The notes under the pieces: generated by a model
What the model was told of the DNA's origin: nothing
Database searches by the model: none
What the model saw: the letters and a program-made list of their open reading frames with translations, nothing else
Made by a program: the position numbers and the translations under genes
Part shown: piece after piece, positions 19,751 to 29,561 of the stretch
Layout of the letters: each line of letters begins with the position of its first letter
How positions within the stretch are numbered: position 1 is the stretch's first letter
Assembly: GCA_013416795.1 (NCBI GenBank)
Contig: RQSC01001371.1
Coordinates: 4,406-40,745 of the forward strand
Origin: Prasinococcaceae sp. CCMP 1430
Lineage: Eukaryota; Plantae; Prasinodermophyta
DNA length: 36,340 bases
Reading direction: 5' to 3'

Positions 19751-19948
19751 CTACGCCGTGATGGTCCGCGCGGCCGTCCTGGCGCTCAAGGAGCGCACCG
19801 GCTCGTCCAACCCGGCCATCTGGAAGTACATCTCCGCCAACTACAAGGGCGTCGACAAGAAGATCCTGTCGACGCAGCTGAAGAACCTGGTGGCCAAGGG
19901 CAAGCTGGTCAAGGTCAAGGCGTCGTACAAGTGCTCCGAGGAGTTCAA
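19728..19948 (+). CDS. H1: Linker histone H1 globular (H15) domain; start and tail unresolved
   Basis: 'HPTYAVMVRAAVLALKERTGSSNPAIWKYI...LSTQLKNLVAKGKLVKVKASYK' is a typical plant/algal GH1 domain. It has clean GC3 codons and ends at the donor-like aa|gtgcgt. Confidence 0.85.
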
Positions 19949-21034
19949 GTGCGTGCGGCGCGCGAGCGGCGCGGCGCGCGCGAGAGGGGGGCCGGGGGGC
20001 GAGGGAGGGGGCGCTTCGCCGCGCGCCTCGCGCACGCGTGGGCGTGCGAAGCTGAGCGAGTCCGTCGCACGCCAGGGTCTCCAGCGCGCATGCGCCTCTG
20101 CCTGGTATCGCGGATTCCACGGCCGCGTGCGAGCGCAGCGCCGCCGCGGCGCCGCCGGCCGGGGTCCCATGCATGAGCGGCGGGAGCGAGCAGAGAGCCT
20201 CGACGACGCCACATCGAGGGGGAGAGCTCCCGTGGGTGATGCAATCATAGAATGAAGCGTACTGTCACCGCTTGCACGACTCCCCGGCACCTCGCCGGGG
20301 TCGGGGTCGAGGCTCGGCCGGCGAGCAGCGGCCGCGGCAGCGAGCTCCGCCGCCTGACTGACTCCCTGACTGACTGACGTCTGCCTGCACAGCCCATGAC
20401 CTCCATGCCATGCGTCTCATGCGGCGGACGTCCGCGGGCGATCGGTTGGTCGGTTGGTCGTCGGTCGGTGCCGCCCACGCCGCGCGCCGCCACACGCACG
20501 CAGGCACAGACAGCGTAGCCTCTCCAACCACCCAACAAAACTTCCAACCCTCCCCCCGCATTCCCGGCCGGGCATCGGGGAAAGAAAGGCGGCGGGTGGA
20601 GCGTTTCGCCCGGCCGGCGGCTGCCCACCGACCGACCGATCTTCCAACGAAGAAGACACGAGCGCACGCACTTACGCAGGCACGCACGCGCCGACCCACA
20701 GACAGAGACAGGCAGACAGACCTGACTCGGTCGGATGTATCTCCTGGCTGGCTGGCTGGGCACCCTCCCCAACCCACCCACACAAAGATGCCCCCCAAAA
20801 GACCCACAAACAAAAGCGGACGGTGTACTTGGTACACCGCGTGGAAACGGAGGCCCGTCCGATTTCCCCTCCTCCCTCGCGCGCGATCGATCGAAAAGCG
20901 ACCCAAACGAAAAGGCCAATCAAAAAGGCGCCCCGCCGACCCAAAAAATCCGCCTTGCCGCCCGCGCGCGCGCCGCGAAAAAGGGTCCATGGAAGGCCCG
21001 GAGGCGACGTCAATTCGAATGTGGGCGTGAGGGG

Positions 21035-24000
21035 ATGGGGTTGGGGTACGCGGCGACGCGGCGGCGGCGGCGGAGGCGGCGGCGGGTGCGCGTTTTTGCG
21101 CGCGCGCATTCGCGCGCGCACGAATGCGCGCCGCCGACGGGGGTACGGGCGGCAGCGGCGGCCGTCGAGGGCAGCGAGACGGCGGCGAAGGGGCGATCGG
21201 CGCCGCTGGAGCACATGTACCGCTCGCCTCTGCTCAGCCCCGCCCAGGAGGCCGAGCTCGCCGCGCGCGCCGCCGAGCGCGTCAGCGCGCGCATCGTCGG
21301 CGTGCGCACCGAGGCGTGCTTCAACATCGACGCCGGCGGCGCGCCGCTCGGCGCTGCAGAGGCTGACAAGCTGCGCTGGCTGCTTCGCGAGACGTTCGAG
21401 CCGGAGATGCTCACGGCGGACGCGTCGCTCGCCGCCGGCGGCGACGTCGCCGCCGTCGTCGAGGTGGGGCCCCGCATGAGCTTCACGACTGCGTGGAGCA
21501 CCAACGCGGTCTCGGTGTGCAAGAACGTCGGCCTGGGCGGCATCCGCCGCGTGGAGCGCAGCCGGCGCTACGCGCTCGTGACGGAGGACGGCGCGTCGCT
21601 GAGCGACGACGAGGTCGAGGCCTTCGCCGCCATGGTGCACGATCGGATGACCGAGCAGGTCTACCCGGAGACGCTGGCCAGCTTCTACGTGGACGCCACG
21701 CCGGCGCCCGTCGAGACCGTGCCGCTGCTCGCGGAGGGCAAGCAGGCGCTGCGTGACGCCGACGAGAAGTACGGCTTCGCGTTCGATGACTTCGACGTGG
21801 ACTTTTACGCCGAGCTCTTCGGCGAGAAGCTCGGCCGCGACCCCACCACCGTCGAGCTCTTCGACCTCGCGCAGTCCAACAGCGAGCACTCGCGCCACTG
21901 GTTCTTCAAGGGCGCCATCACGGTGGACGGCGAGCCCATCCCGATGCACCTGCTGGACATGGTGCGCGAGACGCTCGACGCCAGCCCGGACAACTCGGTG
22001 GTGGCCTTCAAGGACAACTCGTCGGCCATCCGCGGAGGCAAGGCGATCGCGCTGCGTCCCACGACGCCCGGCGAGCCGGGCGAGCTCACGCCGCAAGAGG
22101 TCGATCTCGACCTGCTGCTCACCGCCGAGACCCACAACTTCCCGTCCGGCGTCGCGCCGTTCCCCGGCGCCGAGACCGGCGCGGGCGGGCGCATTCGCGA
22201 CACCCACGCCACCGGCTCGGGCTCCATCATGGGTGGCGCCGCCGCGGGCTACTCCGTGGGCAACCTGCAGATTCCCGAGGCTCCCGAGGAGCACGAGGAC
22301 GCCTCCTTCGAGTACCCCGACAACCTGGCGACGCCCCTGCAGATCCTGCTCGACGCGTCGGACGGCGCGTCGGACTACGGCAACAAGTTCGGCGAGCCGC
22401 TCATCGGCGGCTTCACTCGCAGCTACGGCCAGCGCCTGCCCAACGGCGAGCGCCGCGAGTACATCAAGCCCATCATGTTCAGCTCGGGATTCGGGCAGAT
22501 CGACCACAGGCACCTCGAGAAGGGCGAGGGCGAGGTGGGCATGCTGGTGGTCAAGATCGGCGGGCCCGCCTACCGCATCGGCCTCGGCGGCGGTGCGGCG
22601 TCCTCCAAGGCGGAGGGCGAGGGGACGGGCAACGTCGACCTCGACTTCAACGCCGTGCAGCGCGGCGACGCCGAGATGTCGCAGAAGCTCTGGCGCGTGG
22701 TGCGCGCGTGCGTGGAGCTCGGCGACGACAACCCCATCGTCCAGATCCACGATCAGGGCGCTGGGGGCAACTGCAACGTCGTCAAGGAGCTCATCTACCC
22801 CGGCGGTGCGACCATCGACATCCGCGCGGTGAACGTTGGCGACGAGACGCTGAGCGTGCTCGAGATCTGGGGCGCCGAGTACCAGGAGAACGACGCGATG
22901 CTCATCAAGCCCGAGAGCGAGCACATCATCCGCAAGTTCTGCGAGCGCGAGCGCCTTCCCATGGCCGTGCTTGGCGCCATCGACGGCTCGGGCCGCGTGA
23001 CGCTGCTGGACACGCAGGCACCGGAGGGCTCCCCGCCGCCCGAGGACCTCGACCTCGAGGATGTGCTCGGCGACATGCCGCAGAAGAAGTACGACTTCGT
23101 GCGCGCCGAGGCACCCGCGGCACCGCTCGTGCTGCCCGGCGCCACCTCGGTCTCCGAGGCGCTCGAGAAGGTGCTGCGCCTGCCGGCGGTTTGCTCGAAG
23201 CGCTTCCTCACCTCGAAGGTGGACCGCTGCGTGACCGGGCTGGTCGCGCAGCAGCAGTGCGTGGGCCCGCTGCAGCTGCCGCTGGCGGACTACGCCGCCA
23301 TGGCGCGCTCCCACTACACCACGGAGGGCGGCGTGACCGCCATCGGCGAGAGGCCCATCTCCGGACTCCTGTCGCCCGCCGCCATGGGCCGCATGTCGCT
23401 CGGCGAGGCGCTCACGAACCTGTCGCTGGCGCGGATCACCGACCTGAGCGAGGTCAAGTCGAGCGGCAACTGGATGTACGCGGCCAAGCTCGCCGGCGAG
23501 GGCGCCAACCTGGTGGACGCGTGCGAGGCACTGAAGGACGCCATGATCGAGCTCAAGGTGGCCATCGACGGCGGCAAGGATTCGCTCTCGATGGCCGCCA
23601 AGGCGGGCGGGGAGACCGTCATGGCGCCCGGCACGCTCGTCATGTCCATGTACGTGCCGAGCCCGGACGTGACCAAGGGCGTCACGCCCGATCTCAAGCT
23701 CGGCGACGGCGGCGTGCTGCTGCACGTCGACCTGGCGCGCGGCCGCCGGCGCGTCGGCGCGTCGGCCCTCTCGCAGGTCTACAACCAGCTCGGCGCCGAG
23801 TGCCCCGACCTCGACGAGGTGAGCATCATCCGGCGCCTGTACGACACCATGCAGCCCCTCCTCGAGGAGGGCCTGATCGCCTCGGGGCACGACATTTCCG
23901 ACGGCGGCATCGCGACCACGCTGCTCGAGATGGCCTTCGGCGGCGACTGCGGCATCGAATGCGACCTGCCGCCGCCGGCCAGCGAGGCCGACGCGGCTGC

Positions 24001-25213
24001 CGTCGGCGGGACGGGCTCCGGAGCGACGCTCGCCGCGCTCTTCGCCGAGGAGCTCGGCCTGGTGCTCGAGGTCGCCGAGGCGGACGCCGAGGCCGTCGCG
24101 GCGCGCTTTGCGGCGAACGACGTGCCGTGCGTGCCCGTGGGGCGCACGCTCGCGACCAAGGAGGTGACCGTGTCGGTGGGTGGCGCCGTGGCCATCGTCG
24201 GCGACACCGCCGCGCTGCGCGACGAGTGGGAGGCCACCAGCTGGGCGATGGAGCGCCGCCAGCGCACGCCCGAGGCGGTCGCGTCGGAGCGCGCGCGCGT
24301 GACGAGCGGCACCGCCGGCGGCGTGCCGTGGCGCGTGCCGTTCGAGCTCCTGCCGGACGTCGCCGAGGGCGCGCCGCGCCACAAGGTGGCGGTCATCCGG
24401 GAGGAGGGCTCCAACGGCGACCGCGAGATGGCCGCCGCGCTGCACATGGCCGGGCTCGCGCCGCACGACGTCACCATGTCGGACCTCATCCAGGGGCACG
24501 CCAAGCTCGACGACTTCCGCGGTGCGGTCTTCGTGGGCGGCTTCTCGTACGCGGACGTGCTGGACAGCGCCAAGGGCTGGGCGGGCTGCATCCGCTTCAG
24601 CGACGCGCTGCGCGAGCAGTTCGACGCGTTCTACGAGCGCGAGGACACGCTGTCGCTCGGGGTGTGCAACGGCTGCCAGCTGGAGGCCCTGCTCGGCTGG
24701 GTGGGCCAGACCGAGGTGGGCGCCGCGCGCCTGCCGGACACGAGCCAGCCGCGCTTCGTGCACAACGACAGCGGGCGCTTCGAGTGCCGCTACGTGGGCG
24801 TGGGCGTGCAGGAGGGCTCGCCCGCTGTCCTGCTCGACGGCATGGAGGGCGCCAACCTGGGCGTGTGGATCGCCCACGGCGAGGGGCGCGCGTACTTCCC
24901 GGATGACGGCCTCCTCGAGGCCGCCAAGGCCAAGGGCCTCGCGCCGCTGCGCTACATCGACGAGAGCGGTGCCCCCACGGAGGCGTACCCGCAGAATCCC
25001 AACGGCGCGCCCGCGGGCATCGCCGGCCTGTGCTCGGCCGACGGCCGCCACCTGGCCATGATGCCGCACCCGGAGCGCTGCTTCCTCAACTGGCAGCTGC
25101 CGCACGCGCCCGCGGGTGTGGACAGCCTCGCCGACCCCAAGGCGCCCTCGCCGTGGCTGCGCATGTTCCAGAACATGCGCGTGGGCTTCGACAGCTTCGA
25201 TGCGGCGCAGTAA
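21035..25213 (+). CDS. purL: Phosphoribosylformylglycinamidine synthase (large PurL / PFAS), probable organellar targeting peptide
   Basis: 'NSEHSRHWFF', 'ETHNFP', 'GGRIRD', 'IHDQGAGG', 'GGFSYAD', 'LGVCNGCQ' and 'MMPHPER'. The in-frame ATG at 21035 is followed by an Arg/Ala-rich leader; the exact start is uncertain. Confidence 0.97.
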   Translation: MGLGYAATRRRRRRRRRVRVFARAHSRAHECAPPTGVRAAAAAVEGSETAAKGRSAPLEHMYRSPLLSPAQEAELAARAAERVSARIVGVRTEACFNIDAGGAPLGAAEADKLRWLLRETFEPEMLTADASLAAGGDVAAVVEVGPRMSFTTAWSTNAVSVCKNVGLGGIRRVERSRRYALVTEDGASLSDDEVEAFAAMVHDRMTEQVYPETLASFYVDATPAPVETVPLLAEGKQALRDADEKYGFAFDDFDVDFYAELFGEKLGRDPTTVELFDLAQSNSEHSRHWFFKGAITVDGEPIPMHLLDMVRETLDASPDNSVVAFKDNSSAIRGGKAIALRPTTPGEPGELTPQEVDLDLLLTAETHNFPSGVAPFPGAETGAGGRIRDTHATGSGSIMGGAAAGYSVGNLQIPEAPEEHEDASFEYPDNLATPLQILLDASDGASDYGNKFGEPLIGGFTRSYGQRLPNGERREYIKPIMFSSGFGQIDHRHLEKGEGEVGMLVVKIGGPAYRIGLGGGAASSKAEGEGTGNVDLDFNAVQRGDAEMSQKLWRVVRACVELGDDNPIVQIHDQGAGGNCNVVKELIYPGGATIDIRAVNVGDETLSVLEIWGAEYQENDAMLIKPESEHIIRKFCERERLPMAVLGAIDGSGRVTLLDTQAPEGSPPPEDLDLEDVLGDMPQKKYDFVRAEAPAAPLVLPGATSVSEALEKVLRLPAVCSKRFLTSKVDRCVTGLVAQQQCVGPLQLPLADYAAMARSHYTTEGGVTAIGERPISGLLSPAAMGRMSLGEALTNLSLARITDLSEVKSSGNWMYAAKLAGEGANLVDACEALKDAMIELKVAIDGGKDSLSMAAKAGGETVMAPGTLVMSMYVPSPDVTKGVTPDLKLGDGGVLLHVDLARGRRRVGASALSQVYNQLGAECPDLDEVSIIRRLYDTMQPLLEEGLIASGHDISDGGIATTLLEMAFGGDCGIECDLPPPASEADAAAVGGTGSGATLAALFAEELGLVLEVAEADAEAVAARFAANDVPCVPVGRTLATKEVTVSVGGAVAIVGDTAALRDEWEATSWAMERRQRTPEAVASERARVTSGTAGGVPWRVPFELLPDVAEGAPRHKVAVIREEGSNGDREMAAALHMAGLAPHDVTMSDLIQGHAKLDDFRGAVFVGGFSYADVLDSAKGWAGCIRFSDALREQFDAFYEREDTLSLGVCNGCQLEALLGWVGQTEVGAARLPDTSQPRFVHNDSGRFECRYVGVGVQEGSPAVLLDGMEGANLGVWIAHGEGRAYFPDDGLLEAAKAKGLAPLRYIDESGAPTEAYPQNPNGAPAGIAGLCSADGRHLAMMPHPERCFLNWQLPHAPAGVDSLADPKAPSPWLRMFQNMRVGFDSFDAAQ

Positions 25214-25375
25214 CTAGGCACCCAATACGTAAAAGCCGTAATTGTACAACAAACACGCGCTGCTCCAAAGCTCCGGGTGGTCCTACGTGTGTACTGTATG
25301 AGGATCTCGTGCATGTGTGCCCGTGCGCGCGCGCCTCTCCCTGTGCGCGCGCGCACGCCCTCTCGCTCGCTCAGC

Positions 25376-26012
25376 TCAGCTCACGCCCGCGGCCGTTCGC
25401 CACGGCAGGAAGCCCTCCGGCCAGGGTATCCGCACCGCGGAGACGGTGCGTCCGGCCCCCACGGCGGCGCTCGCGCGACACGCGCCGCCCTGCGCGCCGG
25501 CGCGCGCGGCGGGGTCCTGGGTATCGCTCTGCGCGCCACCTCGCGCCCGGCCCTGCGCGCCCTCGGCGTCCGCGCCCGCTCCCGCGCTCGAGTCGTCCCT
25601 CCCGTTGCCGCTTGCATTGCTCCCGGTGGCGCTGGCGCACACGGTCGCCGTGCTGCGCACGGCGAACGTGAAGACGCAGAGCGCGGCGGCGATGTGCGTC
25701 ATCATCACCACCCAGCAGTAGAGCAGGTAGCCACGCTGTCCGAAGAGGGACCAGCCGCGCCCGCGCGTGCGCTCGTCGTCGTCGTCGCCGTCGCCGCCCC
25801 CGCCCCTCCAGCGGTCATTGCCGCCGTTTCCCGCGCCGCCCAGGCCGCCGCCGTCGCCCGTCGACGCGAGGTGCTCGAGGCGAGCGCGCGCGGTCTCCAT
25901 CTGTACGTAGTCGGCGACGGAGCGCCGGGTCGACGCCGGGCCGACCGTGGGCTCGGGGTACGCGACGCCGCCCTCGCGGAAGCACACCGCGGCGCGTCGC
26001 GCGCACCCGCGC
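25376..26012 (-). CDS. Hypothetical membrane protein, 3' fragment cut by the gap
   Basis: Open frame from the N gap with a hydrophobic segment 'YLLYCWVVMMTHIAAALCVFTFAV' and coding-like codon usage. No family recognised. Confidence 0.4.
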
Positions 26013-26586
26013 NNNNNNNNNNNNNNNNNNNNNNNNNNNNNNNNNNNNNNNNNNNNNNNNNNNNNNNNNNNNNNNNNNNNNNNNNNNNNNNNNNNNNNNN
26101 NNNNNNNNNNNNNNNNNNNNNNNNNNNNNNNNNNNNNNNNNNNNNNNNNNNNNNNNNNNNNNNNNNNNNNNNNNNNNNNNNNNNNNNNNNNNNNNNNNNN
26201 NNNNNNNNNNNNNNNNNNNNNNNNNNNNNNNNNNNNNNNNNNNNNNNNNNNNNNNNNNNNNNNNNNNNNNNNNNNNNNNNNNNNNNNNNNNNNNNNNNNN
26301 NNNNNNNNNNNNNNNNNNNNNNNNNNNNNNNNNNNNNNNNNNNNNNNNNNNNNNNNNNNNNNNNNNNNNNNNNNNNNNNNNNNNNNNNNNNNNNNNNNNN
26401 NNNNNNNNNNNNNNNNNNNNNNNNNNNNNNNNNNNNNNNNNNNNNNNNNNNNNNNNNNNNNNNNNNNNNNNNNNNNNNNNNNNNNNNNNNNNNNNNNNNN
26501 NNNNNNNNNNNNNNNNNNNNNNNNNNNNNNNNNNNNNNNNNNNNNNNNNNNNNNNNNNNNNNNNNNNNNNNNNNNNNNNNNNNNNN
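26013..26586. other. Assembly gap (574 N)
   Basis: Run of N. Confidence 1.
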
Positions 26587-26994
26587 GCGCTCCCGCGCTC
26601 CCGCGGAACCGCGCGCCCGCGAAACGCCCCGCCGCGGGTTTTCGCTCCGGCCCGGAACGCCATCGGGGCGAACGCGCGCGCGCCGCCCGAAAACGCGGGG
26701 GGTGCGCGCGCGAGGAGGGGACGGAAAAAGATCTTTTTTTTTTTTTCCCTCTCCCCAATCGCTCGGCGCGGCGCGCCCCGCGCGAGGGCGGGGAAGAGCC
26801 GCCGACCAACCAAACAAACGAAGGGAACAGGAAGATTCGGAGGAGTGAGCTGTGCTGTGGGAGGACGCGTCCAAAGGGTGGCATGGAACCGGGCGGTTTT
26901 CTTTGGAAGGGTTGAAACAGGGTTCACGGGAGACGCGGCGCCGCGCGGGCGCGGCGCGGCGCGGCACCTCACCCCGCCCTTCCACCACCACCAA

Positions 26995-27088
26995 CACACG
27001 CACGCGCACGCACAAACACGCACACGCACACGCACACGCACACGCACACGCACAGCGCAGAGCAGCGCAGCGCAGCGCAGCGCGCGCG
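26995..27088. repeat. Compound microsatellite (CACACG)n + (GCGCA)n
   Basis: Direct reading of cacacgcacacg... followed by gcgcagcgcag... Confidence 0.85.
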
Positions 27089-27209
27089 TCGACGGGGGGG
27101 GGGGCACGGGGAAGGAACGAATGAGCACGCCTCTCTGGGTGCATGCAGCTTGCTTAGTGACAACAATGTGTATGGAACACGCGCTAGTGGAACACGGCCC
27201 CACCACTAG

Positions 27210-28505
27210 CTAGAAGCGATGGGTGGTCTCGATGGAGCGAACGGTGCCGCTTTTGGCCCGCATGACCAGGCTCGAGGTCAGCGCGCCGCCGGGCGTGAAG
27301 CGCACGCCCTTGAGCAGGTCGCCGGTGGACACGCCGGTCGCCGCGAAGAAGATCTGCTCGCCGCGGCAGAGGTCGGTGGCGGTCATCGTGGTTTCCAGGT
27401 CGAAGCCCTCGTCCTCGAGGCGCTCGGCCTCGGCCTCGTCGCGCGCCCACAGCTTTCCCTGGAACTCGCCGCCGAGGCAGCGCATGGCGGCGGCGGTGAT
27501 GACGCCCTCGGCCGAGCCCCCGATGCCCATGAGCATGTCGACGTCGTTGCCCGGCGTGGCGGCCGCCAGCGCGGCGGCCACGTCGCCGTCGTCGATGAGG
27601 TGCACGCGCGCGCCCGCCCGGCGGATGTTGTAGATGAGCTCCGAGTGGCGGGGGCGGTCGAGCACCGCCACCGAGATGTCGCACACGTCCTTGCCCAGTG
27701 CGTCGGCGACGGCCTTGACGTTGCGCGCGACGGGCGCGTCGATGTCGACCATGCCGGCGGCCTCGTACGGCACGCACAGCTTGTTCATGTAGTAGGCCTT
27801 GCCCGGGGAGAACATGGCGCCGCGCTCGGCGAGCGCGATCACGGTGATGGCGCCGTGCTTGCCCTTCGCGACGAGCGAGGTGCCGTCGAGCGGGTCGACT
27901 GCGATGTCCACCGCCGGCCAGCTGCCGTCGCCGAGGTACTCGCCGCTGAACAGCATCGGCGCCTCGTCCTTCTCGCCCTCGCCGATGACGACCTTGCCGT
28001 CCATGATGACCGTGTTGAGCACGAGCCGCATGGCATCCACCGCCGCCTGGTCCGCCGCGCGCTTGTCGCCGAGGCCCATCCACTGCGCGCTGTTCAGCGC
28101 GGCCGCCTCCGTCACGCGCACGAGCTCGAGCGCGAGGTTGCGGCTCACCACGCTGTAGTCGGGTCCGTGCGTAAAGCACGCGGCCCGTCCCCCGCGGCCA
28201 CTGCTCTTGCCGCCGCTCGCCTTGCCGTCGGCCTGCTTCTTGGTCGCCGCTTTGGTGCCGTCCCTGCCCACGGCGTTGGCGACGGCCCCCTTGTCCCTGG
28301 TGTACTGCCGCTGCAGCGCAGCTTCGAAGCTGCTCTTGGCGCTGTCCGAGAAGCGCGGCATGCCCACGGGGCGCTTCTCCTCGGCGGCCGCGGCGGCGCG
28401 ATCCTCCGAGATCGGGAATGACTCCGCGTTGGAGACCTTGTCGGCCCCGCCCTCCTTGCTGCTGGCGCCGCCCGCGCTGGCGCTCGCCGGCTCGGCGCCC
28501 GACAT
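27210..28505 (-). CDS. glpX: Class II fructose-1,6-bisphosphatase (GlpX / FBP-SBPase type) with N-terminal extension; 5' end uncertain
   Basis: 'SRNLALELVRVTEAAAL', 'GEGEKDEAPML', 'DIAVDPLDGT', 'DGDVAAA', 'GIGGSAEGVITAAA' and 'FFAATGV'. Confidence 0.93.
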   Translation of the reverse strand: MSGAEPASASAGGASSKEGGADKVSNAESFPISEDRAAAAAEEKRPVGMPRFSDSAKSSFEAALQRQYTRDKGAVANAVGRDGTKAATKKQADGKASGGKSSGRGGRAACFTHGPDYSVVSRNLALELVRVTEAAALNSAQWMGLGDKRAADQAAVDAMRLVLNTVIMDGKVVIGEGEKDEAPMLFSGEYLGDGSWPAVDIAVDPLDGTSLVAKGKHGAITVIALAERGAMFSPGKAYYMNKLCVPYEAAGMVDIDAPVARNVKAVADALGKDVCDISVAVLDRPRHSELIYNIRRAGARVHLIDDGDVAAALAAATPGNDVDMLMGIGGSAEGVITAAAMRCLGGEFQGKLWARDEAEAERLEDEGFDLETTMTATDLCRGEQIFFAATGVSTGDLLKGVRFTPGGALTSSLVMRAKSGTVRSIETTHRF

Positions 28506-28789
28506 CCAGCTCCACTTCGTGCCTGCCCGTGGAGACACGGTGTATTGCAAGGCAATGGGTTTCGGAGAGGAGTGGTGCGACGCCATGTGGCGCGCCCAGA
28601 TGGGGGGCGTGGACTCTTACAACATGCTGCCCACGCTGCTGCACCCGCTGTCCACTGGCCACGTCAACGTGAGCTCCGCCGACCCTCTCGCACCGCCGCG
28701 CATCGACCCCAACTACCTGTCGGACGAGCACGGCACTGACGTGCGCACGCTGAGGGAAGGGCTTAGGATCGTGACTGGGCTCATCGCAA
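28495..28789 (+). CDS. GMC oxidoreductase (choline dehydrogenase-like) internal fragment
   Basis: 'PDIQLHF...PTLLHPLSTGHVNVSSADPLAPPRIDPNYLSD...LREGLR' matches the GMC C-terminal substrate domain. It ends at the N at 28790. Confidence 0.8.
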
Positions 28790-29561
28790 NGAGTCAGCGC
28801 GGCCGCGGCAGCGCGCGCGCGCGCGCGATCGGGCCGCCGGCAACGCCCCGCCAAAAACCTCGGAACGTCCTTCCTCGAAACCGCCCTCCGGGAAACCCCG
28901 CCGCCGCCGCCCGCCATCGCCCGAGGACCGCGAGCGCGCGCGTCCCCGCGGCCGGCCGCCGCGAATTCCGGCGGTCGTGCGTGCGCGCGCGAAGTCGTTT
29001 TTGTTGGTGTCGTTGGTTGGTTGGTGGGGCAGGCCCGACCGACCGACCGAGTGGACAGGATGCGAACCGCAAATTCGGTCTATCCGATCGATGAACGCGC
29101 GCGGCGGAAGACCGACAGATCGACAGAGCAGCTCGATCCGATCGATCGATCGAGCATCCGACATCCCCACCCCCACGGGCCGGCGCCGGGCGACCGAATC
29201 CGACCGATGTCTGATTGACATCCCACCAACCCGACCGACCGACTCCGCGCCTGGGTAGGGCGGATGAGAATTTTTTTGTCCCGGAGCAAGCGATCGTCGT
29301 CGGATGGGGATCGTCGTCGTACCCACCCTTCATTCAGCGCACCCTTCTCGCTTGTTGTTGTTGGTTGTGTTTGGGACGTGTGGATCGTTTTGCGCACGGA
29401 CGCGCGCGCGCTGCGGTCGGGTCCGCGCGTCCGCGGGCCAGCCGCGGATCCGAGGGGGCGGCCGCCGGAGCGGCCCCCAACGCGCGCGCGCGGCCGGCCG
29501 CGGTCGGCGACAGTAACGGTTCAGATTTGGGCTCATTAGGGGATATGAATGGGTAGGGTTT

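Noticed and set aside
21056-21090. Poly-Arg near the PurL N-terminus as a special signal
   Set aside because: It comes from a (GGC)n microsatellite in a leader whose true start and splicing are unresolved.
20672-25105. Long antisense ORFs (20672-25105, 11423-13429, 16439-18466, 9002-11167, 31101-33959)
   Set aside because: They are shadows of strongly GC3-biased genes on the opposite strand, with no recognisable domains.
25277-27206. Long ORFs running through the N gap
   Set aside because: They are open only because N codons are not stops.
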